Shown: piece after piece, positions 52,501 to 62,835 of the stretch
Layout of the letters: every line of letters begins with the position of its first letter
Numbering within the stretch: the first letter of the stretch is position 1
Notes under the pieces: generated by a model
Told to the model about the DNA's origin: nothing
Database searches by the model: none
The model's input: the letters and a program-made list of their open reading frames with translations, nothing else
Made by a program: the position numbers and the translations under genes
Assembly: GCF_964204645.1 (NCBI RefSeq)
Contig: NC_134030.1
Coordinates: forward strand, 18,312,210 to 18,376,209
Origin: Tubulanus polymorphus
Taxonomy: Eukaryota; Animalia; Nemertea
Length of the DNA stretch: 64,000 bases
Direction: 5' to 3'

Positions 52501-55500
52501 GCGCTTGTTATTCTAAAAAATTCGACCCGTTGCTAAGGGGGACTGTGCTTTTTGTGGGATTCGAATCCAGTCTTCCAATCGGTTTCTAAGGAGAAATACG
52601 AACTAAAAATAACATTTTTTGACAATATTTTGTGAATATTCTTTGTAAATATTCTGAAAATTACACAAAATCATTTTGTAATCCTTCATTCACGTATTTA
52701 AACTACCCGCGCGACGTTGCCCGAAAGTTTCGACGACAGTCCGTCCGTGACCGTCATTTTCGTTGCCGCGATTTAGCCAATGCCCATGTGTCCCGGATGT
52801 AAACTACACTTTTTGAGAAGGACGGTATGGAGAAAATATAGAAAATTTGAATTTGCTTCTTACGCGCGATTAACTTAAGGAGCTTCCAGCTCGCGCCTAC
52901 GGCGCTCGCTGTGCGCTTAATATGTAATAGATGAAATCTAAGTGACGGACGCCTCGTCACAGCTTGATTCAATTTTTCATAGTAAGAAATGATAGCGATT
53001 GGGGAAAACAACCTCAAGTACGGGGTAACGAAGTCGAAAACATATTGTCAGTGACAAGAAGAACACTTAAATGTTGTTAATGAAACTGGAAAGAGAATCA
53101 ACTCCAATATTCCATATTGAAATTGTACTGTAGTTGAGCCCAAAGCAATGAATTAATGAAGAAATTAAATCAACTTAGTCAAAACTTGGAAAATTTAAAA
53201 TCAATGCTCGAGTTAAGGGGTGGGAAGAAAGAAGATGAAACTGTAACTCTGTAACTGTAAGTTTTGATTCATTTCTGAAATTTGGGCTTGATATATTATA
53301 AGTCCAAATTTCAGAAATGAATCAAACCTCATAATTCTTTAATCTTATATTATAAGATCAAATGAAATTTAATATTCTAATTTTTGCGAGAAAAAAACTT
53401 GAAAAATTTCTTATAAATCAGGTCTCGGTACCACTGTCTGCTAAAAAGATTATTCTTTCGATTTAGATAAAGTGTCATTTTTTAATGGTTTAAAACTCTT
53501 TGTGAAACCATAATGTAACCAATGACATTTCGGTGGGAACTGAGAGGGGTTTTTGCAATATTGAAGAATTTTGACCTGTTAGTTAATTTAGAAATTAGCT
53601 CCATTTGGAAATAAAAGGAAGATGAGAGAAGATTACAACGCATTTCTTAATTACCTTCAAAGAGAAAAAAAATCGAATACGCGTTGAAACGCACAAATCG
53701 GAAAATTATTTTCTGCTAGAAAAAACTCGAATTAGCAGGAAATGCGAATGTCAGTACAATAATTGATTTCTCTTGCGAAAAATATACATTTCTTTTTAAT
53801 CCGCCTGGAATACGGTTCAAAATAAGCAGTGCACGCGGCCAGCGGTTCCGAATTCCTTATTTGGTGAAGAAGGGGCGGAGACTAATGTTTTTGCCGACCG
53901 CGATGTTGCTGCTGCTCGAGAGCGAGACTACGCCGTGCCGATCCGCCGCCGCGCTGGCCGAGAAATTTTACGACTCTAACGCGACTCTCACCGCAGTTCT
54001 TAGGGTCGTTACTTTTGATTAAAAAAGTGTATTTCAGTGCTGCCGCTGAGAATGACAGCTGCGCGCGCGAGAGCGTAATTCTCCGGGATTCGAACCTGCG
54101 CGCCGAACCGCGTGGAACCGGGCAGCGGCCGCGTTTTGTTATTATGAATTCGCCCCTGTTGCTAAGGGAATTTCAGCTATTTTCAACTCGATCGATCAAC
54201 GCGGTTCATTGTTAAACTATTCATCAACCCAATCTTGTTCGAAATTTCATGAAATAAATACATTCTGAAATAACCCGATCCATAAGTTACCGTATTTTAG
54301 TTAGTGGAATGCCGGATTTTAGCGTGACGTAATTCTACTTCCGATTTCCCCATGAACTTCAAACCGGACGTCAAGTGACGTCATTTTTTTCTGACTGTCA
54401 GCTAGTCAGAATCGGTTAAGAAGACACTTCGTAGTACCCACATATACGCGTTTACCAAAGGGACCTCCCCCGGGCGCCTTTGGCGCCCGGCGTCCGTCTA
54501 TTAAACTGTTAAAAACAAAGCCGTTCGTATAACATATCTGACGATACAGAAAGATTTATTGCCGTATGAAAGATAAAACAAACTACTGTCTGTCACACAT
54601 GCTCTTCGTGCGACGTTTTGGTCCGTAATTTCGTTAATAATCGGTTGATCTGTAAATATTATGCATCAATTTGTTCAGTAAGGAATTTGCATTCAGAAAT
54701 AAATCATGAACTGGCAGAAATTTGTTTGTGTTTTCTTCTATCAGCGATAGTTTACCTAGCATACGCTCGCGTAATGCTGAAAAACGGCTTTTATGGCCCG
54801 TCACGTGGCGCTACCTACTGTATTTTGATATGCTAATGAGCAGGTGATGACGTCACTGTAACGTTTCCGAGCGTCCGCGGAGCGGATTTTTCAGCATTAC
54901 GCGAGCGTATGCTGAGTAAACTATCGCTCATAAATGAAAACAAAAACAACTTAAGTGAAAATTGTTGTTTATTTCTGAATGCAAATTCCTCACTGAACAA
55001 ATTGATGCATAATAAAGGTAGATAAACCTATTATTAACGAAATTACGGACCAAAACGTCGCACGGAGAGTAGGTGTGACATACAGTAGAGTATGCTTTAA
55101 TTTTGTAATCAACACTCCCAAAGCATTTTTTTCGCAAAAATGATTTCCTTTTCTATACATGTATTTGAACACGGCGAATCTTCGCTCCATTAGATCTTCG
55201 ACGGCATTTCGGGTGATTTTCGTTGGCCACGGACCAGACCGAACACAGGTGCCCCGCAAAACCTATGTTTTTTTTACAATGTAGAATTCTATATAAGTTG
55301 CCGAAAGGGCACTCACCTCTAGTATTTATTCATTAAAACTCTGGCTGTGCGCTTCACCAAGTTTCGACTTTGACATATTATCTCCATCAATATTTAAGGG
55401 GTATATTCAAGATTGAATTTTTTGATTGTTCTTAAAGTGTTTTTCTCAGCGTTGAGAAAATTACGAACACTTTCAAAACTTTTTTCCGCAGTCGCCTCGC

Positions 55501-58500
55501 AGAAGGGAAGTTTGAAAGAAAAGACGGATACGGTCTCGGAGCGGAGTAGAACCGGTCGAGGTGAACCGTCGATGCCCGGTTCTATATTAGCTGAGAATGA
55601 ACCTAAACCCGATGAATTAGGTTAGTACTAATCTTTCTTAATCCATTCCTTGAAAGGTAATTTTGATTTTCCTAATAAAGAAGTTTCCAGTTTCTAGGCG
55701 CCATTTTCGCAACAATGGGGACCTCGAGGGACCGCCACAAATTGGCGCCAAGAAACTGGAAACTTCTTTATTATAATTTGCTAGTCACGTGTAATCTAAT
55801 CAAATAAGATTTGCACAACAGGATGAATTTGACGCCTTGTTCTAAACAGCTGAGAAGAAACAGCCGGTTTTTAAGATATTATTTCCTATGAATGAGTTTC
55901 AGGTTTCTCTTTCAGTTTTGACATTAATATCAGTTTTTCGAAAAAGATCTGTGAATCCACCATCTTCAAATCGTATGAATCACCTCTCAATGTGATTTGA
56001 TGATTTGACGATTTTACTAAAAATCAACTCTTATTTGACGAGATAAATTCGCCTCAGGGGTACCCTCCAAACTTTGTGGGTACCTAGGTGTAAGGGCTTT
56101 CCATTACATTCCGTTGATGGCTACTCATCATTAACCAAAATAAACTATACAATAATGTTTTATGATTCAGCACAAATTACATGATGTGGAATCATTATAT
56201 CCACAGTGGAATCAATAGTTTATCCACAGTGGAATCAGTTGTTATTGTTTGATATATTTGCCGTTAATTCAACATTAACATGAATTTTGATTTCGATTAA
56301 ATCGAAAATTTTGTTTTAAGCAAAATTGTTCTTAATCGATTGGAAATTTTGTGGCCCAAATCTTCTACCATATACTTCCAAAAAATCGCCAAAATTTGTA
56401 TCTTTTTTACAGACGTTGCTACAATTCAGAAATGTCTGAAAGAAACATACAAACGAATGATCGATGTTGAAAATTACAAAGAGGTTTGGTGGAGCGAAGA
56501 ATTCATCAATTTCAACAAAATCTTCACCAAAGAACACGCGAAAATTCGACCCCGAAAACAGAGACGCGAGGAGCAGTCAGTGATTTTACCCAATGATTTT
56601 GAGAAGCTTTTCACTTATGACGAGCAGGATGCGAAACGCGTGTGCCTCGTAGGTGAACCCGGTATGGGTAAAACTACACAGATTGTTAATCAAGTGTTGT
56701 CATGGGAGCGATCACCGTTTCTAAAGAAGTTCCGTATGTTATTCTATATACCGTTAAATGCTCTGCCCGCTGATAACGCATGTATTTATACCTACATTTA
56801 CAAAAATATTTTGAGTCGGGAAATCGGAGAGGGCCTGTCGATTGATGATTTTAAGAGATTCGTACTGGAAAATGAAAAAAAATCGATATTTTTGCTAGAC
56901 GGCTTCGACGAGTTGAAAAACGATAAAGCGAAGGAAGACATCGTACAAGTGACCTATGAATTACCGGAAGCGCATATTGTCATAACAACACGTGAGTCCG
57001 GAGGCACCGATATCGTCAATGATCAAAAATTCATTATTGCATCCATTTGCGGCTTCAAACAGGAAGAAGTCATCGATATTATGAAGAGAAAATTCCCCCA
57101 GTGTGATGCAAATAAGCTATTCGAGAACCTCAAAAACGCAGCACCACTTTTATTTAAAAGTATCTACTACAACCCGTTCATACTACATATGTTTTGTTTT
57201 CTGTATATGAACGAGGAAGAAATAACGATACCACCAAAACTCACCGATATCTACATCGATTTGACATGTTTTCTGATCAGTAAACGCAAGGGTATCGAGT
57301 TGTCGAAGGAATGTTTCTTCGACGACATCGAAAATTCGGAAGCGCTTAAAGAAATTTGTCAAGTCGCGTATAAGACGCTCATCGCGCGTCATAAAAGCTT
57401 CAGTGGAAATCGTCTCAAACTCGACGAATCGAAGATGACGGCTTTGACGTGCAAAGAGGTGTCGCCGCGACGGAAATCAGACAGCTCCGTCCAGCTACAG
57501 TTCATACATAAATCTGTGCAGGAATTTCTGGCGGCGGTACACTCGGTCGTGCAATTCACCAACAGTAATGAAATACCCTGGAAAACACCCTGGAACAAAT
57601 GCACGTTTGAACAACTACCGGACGAACTTGAAAAATATGGTGAATTATACCCGAGATTCGTGGCAGGGCTGCTGCATCGTCACAAGCGTAACCCCGGCCT
57701 CGGTGAACTGTTCAAGACTTTAATGGATAAACATTCATTAATATTAGAGCATGACTTCTGGCGCATGGAAAGAAGGAGCGTACTATTTGATATCGAAATG
57801 ATGCTCATCCCCGATTACGAACGCTTTATCAAACTCCAATCCGAAAGCTTTTGGTTATCCGATCAGTTTTCAATCTACCTGGATGAAACCGACTGTCCGG
57901 ACGACGCCATTAACGAAATAGTTGACTACATGGGAAAAATGTTGATTATAGATCGATATAGCATGTTCAAGAAAATGAACATACTCGCAAAAATACTCGA
58001 ACACAAACAATGCCCGATCGAGGTAGTTTATTTCAGATATATGAGTAACGAACTGAAACCCGGCGGAGAGTACGCTGATGAATACCGCGTATTAGAAACA
58101 GCTATAGCGGGTAACACTAGTCTTCAGGGTATGATAATCTATACACTCGAGTCAATAGACAAGAATAATCTGTACTTTACTTTATGTCAGGAGAGCAACA
58201 GTATAAACTGGTGCATGTGCGTTAATCTAAACGACTTCGGTAACGTATGTTACAAGAAACTCGATTCTGAATGGATTGAGACGAGTCACGTGATTGAATC
58301 TGAAGATGCAGTAGAGTTGACAAGTCGTGATTCTTCCACCCAAAACAAAGAAGAAATTCTGTTCATCAGAACTGCGGCTACTGCGAAACTTTTAGGCAAC
58401 ATTCAGAGATCGTATCCGTTCCTGAAGCATCTGTATCTCTGGGTAACTCCCGATAAAGACGAAAATATATACGGAGAACTAACAAACCTAATGGCGGGGT

Positions 58501-59093
58501 TGAAAAGCTTACATCTTCTAAACAATTCAACATTCGAAAAGTATTTTTCCGATGAAGAATCGAAATCTGCAGAGATCAAAGGAATTGCGCTCGTGCTAAA
58601 TGAAGTAATGACAGATCAATCGACAGAAGTCAGTTCAATGAAGGAATTAAAGCGTTTCACATGTCGCGGACAAGATTTTGAAAAGAGCCACATTCTAGAT
58701 CAACTGCCGCGGCTGACTGTATTGGCAGTAGATTTGCGGTCAAAGGACGATGTCGATGCACTTGTTCGATATCTATCATCGGATGCGGTAAATCAGCTGC
58801 GAGAAGTCAGTATTTACAGCTTCCTTAAAAAAACGGAAGAGTACATCGCCATTTTACGAACACTTAAAAACGTCTCATCGCTTCGTCGGTTAAAGTTCCA
58901 CTATCACAAAGTGAGGTTTGATCCAAAGGATAATATCGATATATTTGTCGAATTAATCAAAGATCTTCCGCACCTATCATACCTGTTTATCAGTTGCCGC
59001 CAGGGTAGCGACTTAACTGTGGTAAAAGACTGCATCACATCAAACGTCAATAACCTCAATGAAAGAATTAGAGCATTCTCGTATTGGCATTAG
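37571..59093 (+). CDS. Predicted full gene B: Ig(x4)-TM-Cys-rich-NACHT-LRR-like receptor, ~1470 aa
   Basis: Phase-1 donor at 43505, candidate micro-exon 55934-55972 (FFRKRSVNPPSSN) and phase-1 acceptor tcttttttacag|ac at 56412. Summed coding length 4416 nt = 1472 codons including stop. The join is inferred. Confidence 0.6.
37712..37864 (+). repeat. 82-bp-offset tandem duplication of the intron/exon boundary of gene B Ig1 exon
   Basis: cgtatattgtgtatttgatatttcagcacctgatgg..ttaccgggta occurs twice (acceptors at 37737 and 37819). Confidence 0.9.
41545..41680 (+). repeat. ~52-bp tandem repeat with B-box-like GGTTCGAATCC core
   Basis: catcaggtt(c/t)ga..ccctg..gaggga..aacgtggcagagtctc in ~2.5 copies. 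Confidence 0.6.
43715..44690 (+). mobile_element. HINE/pearl-like fragments with (GTCC)n-like microsatellite
   Basis: gtctgtccg repeats at 43746-43790 and 44372-44382, shared gtggtttcc(g/a)tgcccta, and ggtcaaggtca motifs. Confidence 0.45.
46453..47307. mobile_element. MITE with CAG..CTG termini and 5-bp TSD CAATC (hAT5-like), nested in another insertion (46132-47484)
   Basis: caggggcggatctag / ctggatccgcacctg; caatc at 46448-46452 and 47308-47312; many AGTGCCC subterminal repeats. Confidence 0.7.
47510..49218. mobile_element. Mutator-like (MULE) non-autonomous element, ~100-bp TIRs, 9-bp TSD CTCAAAAAG
   Basis: TIR ggtaagcgattttttctaccggccacagttagg..; TSD at 47501-47509 and 49219-49227; the empty site is visible in the inverted paralogous arms (~51447, ~52808). 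Confidence 0.85.
47755..48907 (+). pseudogene. Spliced Ulp1/SENP-like (C48) cysteine protease + partial PHD finger carried by the MULE
   Basis: Exons encode HWVLV (48067), YLDP (48202) and QLDGHSCG (48438-48461), the His-Asp-Cys triad with oxyanion Gln. Last exon is CNYCYQWYHVVC..WKCIFC. In-frame TGA at 48366. Confidence 0.75.
54618..55060. repeat. Palindromic element with near-perfect inner arms
   Basis: agcgatagtttac..catacgctcgcgtaatgctgaaaa (54743-54784) inverted at 54887-54928; outer arms 54612-54703 / 54968-55062. Confidence 0.7.
55675..55772. repeat. ~100-bp palindromic MITE-like element; partial copy at 44222-44287
   Basis: aataaagaagtttccagtttctaggcgcc..ggcgccaagaaactggaaacttctttatt. 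Confidence 0.65.
56413..59093 (+). CDS. NLR-type NACHT domain + winged helix + C-terminal degenerate LRR, single large exon
   Basis: Walker A GEPGMGKTT, Walker B IFLLDGFDEL, sensor-1 IVITTR, NPFILHMFC, WHD FIHKSVQEFLAA, LRR-like LKHLYL/LKSLHL/LPRLTVL/LRRLKF/LPHLSYL. Confidence 0.95.
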
Positions 59094-61130
59094 CTTCCCT
59101 ATGGACGAACGAAAGACAACTAAACGATATTTTCCTAATTAAGAATTATGACAACTTTAAACATGGAACATGTTCTAAACAATTCTTTTGAATCTACAAT
59201 AGAGTGTGTATGTCAATTTCTGTATATAGATTCTGACGGTGATGGTTCGAGGTACTATCATCACCCCTCCCTTCCCATGATAGTAGACCGAGATATGCCC
59301 GTCAATCTACGACCAAATTCATTTTTTTTTAAATATTATACAGTGTAATTGTGTAACTGAATTTAAGCCTAGATGAAATACAGTATAACTGAATTATAGT
59401 ATAGCTGAAATACAGCGTAACTGAATTATAGTGTTGATTAAATACAGTAACTGAAGCTAAGTGTATCAATTTAAATTCAATTTCAATTTCAATTTATTTC
59501 ACAGTAAAGCGTAACATTGTAGAGATTAAAAACAGTGAAACTGAATTGGTGTACCGTAGTTGAAATATAATTTGTAACTATATCGAGCAGAAATACATTC
59601 AGTGGTGTACATGTAATTACTTTTTGCAGAATTATCAGTGGTATTTCTTTCATCCCTTAATCTTACATTGTATCACTGTATTTTGATTAAAATACAATGT
59701 AACGAGTTAACAGTTTAACTATATAACAATATATCTTAAGTTAAAAAATGTGCTTTTTATTTCATTTGAAACAGTTTTGTAAAACATAAGATTTTTGGAC
59801 TTAAGGACCACTTTTGGACTTAAATCTCGACTATGGAACCGGCCCCAAGCTGGTAAAAATGTGCTGCTAGAAATTGCTAATAATGTAACGTGCTTATTTT
59901 ATTCGCTTAAATAAAAAGGATTTATATAGGCATATAGAGATGTTCTTATGTTAACTGCAGCTGGGGTAAAATCAAGTGAACAGCATTTTCTGGTGGAGGA
60001 TAAGTCACAATTTAAAAACTAACTACAATTTCTATTTTATAGAGTTGATTCCATATTTTTCTGAGTTTAAAATCGATAAATATTCTAATATATAAAGAAT
60101 ATGATATAAACTGATATGTCTTATGCAGTGTTCAATTCTCAAATCAATTGATGGATGCAGATGTTTAAATCTGTTATAAACTTTATGCATGGCGGAGAAT
60201 GGATTGATTTTAGTAGAGAACCGCGGTTTATAGAGCGAAGATGCATTATAACAGTTAGTGTAATGTAAGTTCATTGATCCCAATGAAACGGGACACTTGG
60301 TTGTTCGGCCATTATTGTTTTACGTGGCGCTGTACCATTCACCAAGAACCTGCGAGTGTCTGATGTTACTGCAGTTTTGATTTCACTAGGATCGTAGAGA
60401 AATTGAAGGTGATTTCTGTAGAGACAATCACACTGCCAGGACTATGTGTAGATTGTACCATAGATCTGTTTTACTACCGGTACGTATATCTTCACATCTA
60501 GAGGTGTTTGTACATATCTCCCGTAAAATCAGACAAAATATCTATACTTACCTCTTGTGAATATATGTAAGATCAACTAAATACAAGATGTAGGTTGATA
60601 AAGGTGAGTTATTGAAGTTTCAATTTCTACTACATGTGTGATGAATATTCTCTCTTCTAGAAAGCGCTGCTACAAACACTCTGAAAATGTCTTATTCCAG
60701 GTAATTGTTACAGACCAGTTTTGGAAGTAAAGGCTATCTGAACATGAAAGTGAAACTCTGCATGATCAGGATTAGAGGGCGGTGATGAAATATCAAATGT
60801 CTGTCACAGGGATGGACAGAGACTGCTCATCTATTGGTTAAACACATTAGAAATGAACTACATTGTACATTGTAGGTATTTGTAGGTATTGCACAGACTA
60901 CAATGTTTCATGTATCGAGTCAAATCCTGATGGTGATAGTTGCAATTTTTTCAGATGAGCTCTTCTTCCTCAGGATCTGAATGCTGCCAATACGAGCTGA
61001 CGAAACCAACCCGCCCGGATAGATAGGTGGTGAGTAGATGACCAGATCATAAAGTGTTACATGTATCGAGTAAGATTAAAAGTTCTAATAGTGATCGTTA
61101 CGTTTTTATTTCAGAACCAGCTCTTCTTCC

Positions 61131-62732
61131 TGTTAAGGTGTTTGGGTCCGCTGGACCGTTAGAGGCTGGGCAACACAGCCAGTTCCACGAGGGTGTAGCA
61201 ATATGTACACATTAGTATGTAGTTTAAATATCCACAGTAGAAAAAGTTGTATTTAGGTCCGTAAGACCGTTAGAGGCTGGGTGATGCAGCCAGTTCACGA
61301 GGGTGTAGCAATGTAACAATTATATCATTCACAGTAGAAATAAAAACGAGTAATTCATATTGAGAATGTGAGGTACACATTGTGTTGTTTCTTTTATATA
61401 TAGTAAACCGGCGTCGGTGTATGACTGTATTATATTGCAAGTCATTGCAAATAGTACTGATAGCCTAATCAGATAGATGGCGTGTGTATCAGCAACACAT
61501 TCGAGGCCTTACGGTGGCGGGTAGTGGTGAGAACCGATATGGATGTTAGATTTGTGCAAAGGTGGGACGGGCTTTCCTCGTCTCGTGTGGAGATTACTTT
61601 CCGTCCTGTCAAAACAGGGTCCGTTGGTGTTGCGAGGGTAATCGCACCGATCATCTGTCGGCGTATGTATCAACTACGTCTATATTTCAATCTGTTTGGA
61701 TTGAGGGGGTTCTTAAAATCATCGATCTGATGTGATCTGAAGCGATTTTTTGTGTGACCGCCGGGCGGTATCGATTCGACCAGGTATTCCTTGGTTGTCG
61801 AATATTGATATAGCGTTATGTTGATAAAACGACACGTCGGGAGTAAATTGACTGCCCTTAGCATCAGTCCGAGCGGCTGTATATCGAGTCCTGAGAGTGT
61901 CTATACATGAGCGGAACGGAAACTGATTTATGTTAAGGTGTTTGGGTCCGCTGGACCGTTAGAGGCTGGGCAACACAGCCAGTTCCACGAGGGTGTAGCA
62001 ATATGTACACATTAGTATGTAGTTTAAATATCCACAGTAGAAAAAGTTGTATTTAGGTCCGTAAGACCGTTAGAGGCTGGGTGACGCAGCCAGTTCACGA
62101 GGGTGTAGCAATGTAACAATTATATCATTCACAGTAGAAATAAAAACGAGTAATTCATATTGAGAATGTGAGGTACACATTGTGTTGTTTCTTTTATATA
62201 TAGTAAACAGGCGTCGGTGTATGACTGTATTATATTGCAAGTCATTGCAAATAGTGCTGATAGCCTAATCAGATAGATGGCGTGTGTATCAGCAACACAT
62301 TCGAGGCCTTACGGTGGCGGGTAGTGGTGAGAACCGATATGGATGTTAGATTTGTGCAAAGGTGGGACGGGCTTTCCTCGTCTCGTGTGGAGAGTACTTT
62401 CCGTCCTGTCAAAACAGGGTCCGTTGGTGTTGCGAGGGTAATCGCACCGATCATCTGTCGGCGTATGTATCAACTACGTCTATATTTCAATCTGTTTGGA
62501 TTGAGGAGGTTCTTAAAATCATCGATCTGATGTGATCTGAAGCGATTTTTTGTGTGTGACCGCCGGGCGGTATCGATTCGACCAGGTATTCCTTGGTTGT
62601 CGAATATTGATATAGCGTTATGTTGATAAAACGACACGTCGGGAGTAAATTGACTGCCCTTAGCATCAGTCCGAGCGGCTGTATATCGAGTCCTGAGAGT
62701 GTCTATACATGAGCGGAACGGAAACTGATTTA
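61131..62732 (-). repeat. Two tandem ~800-bp near-identical repeats (pLTR-like) at the 3' end of the Penelope-like element
   Basis: 61131-61930 and 61931-62732 differ by about 5 substitutions and one GT indel. Confidence 0.9.
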
Positions 62733-62835
62733 AACGGTTTTCACCTTATTTTGCATAAATCTTGATTGAAGGATTCGTATGAAGCACATAAAACCGACTA
62801 TTATTACGGTATTGAGGTTGAGATGGTGGTGTGCC

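Larger units (their letters stand above)
44755..54500. repeat. Large nested inverted-repeat (foldback) complex of unclassified non-autonomous elements
   Basis: Left arm 44755-46131 + 47485-47509 + 49219-50150 is the reverse complement of ~51900-54470. An extra inverted copy lies at ~50520-51557, and 50156-50460 is inverted at ~55100-55381. Confidence 0.85.

Noticed and set aside
44935-55625. Short ORFs within the foldback region
   Set aside because: No recognisable domains; they are recurring translations of non-coding repeat arms. The exception is the spliced Ulp1-PHD remnant reported separately.
55903-55920. Acceptor at 55915 as the terminal exon of gene B (TTT TGA)
   Set aside because: Cannot be excluded. 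The acceptor at 55933 gives an in-frame exon with a donor and similarity to an earlier exon, so this is kept only as a possible truncating isoform.
56340-56412. N-terminal 24 codons of the 917-aa ORF as real coding sequence
   Set aside because: Starts at TTG and ends in a pyrimidine tract plus AG; better explained as intron.
59945-60005. Twister-ribozyme-like segment (TTAACTGCAGC..GGTGGAGG)
   Set aside because: Only superficial motif similarity; the required stems and pseudoknots could not be built.
61131-62835. SECIS element or canonical hammerhead in the PLE 3' region
   Set aside because: No ATGA..AA..GA SECIS geometry and no CTGAnGA/GAAA core found by eye.
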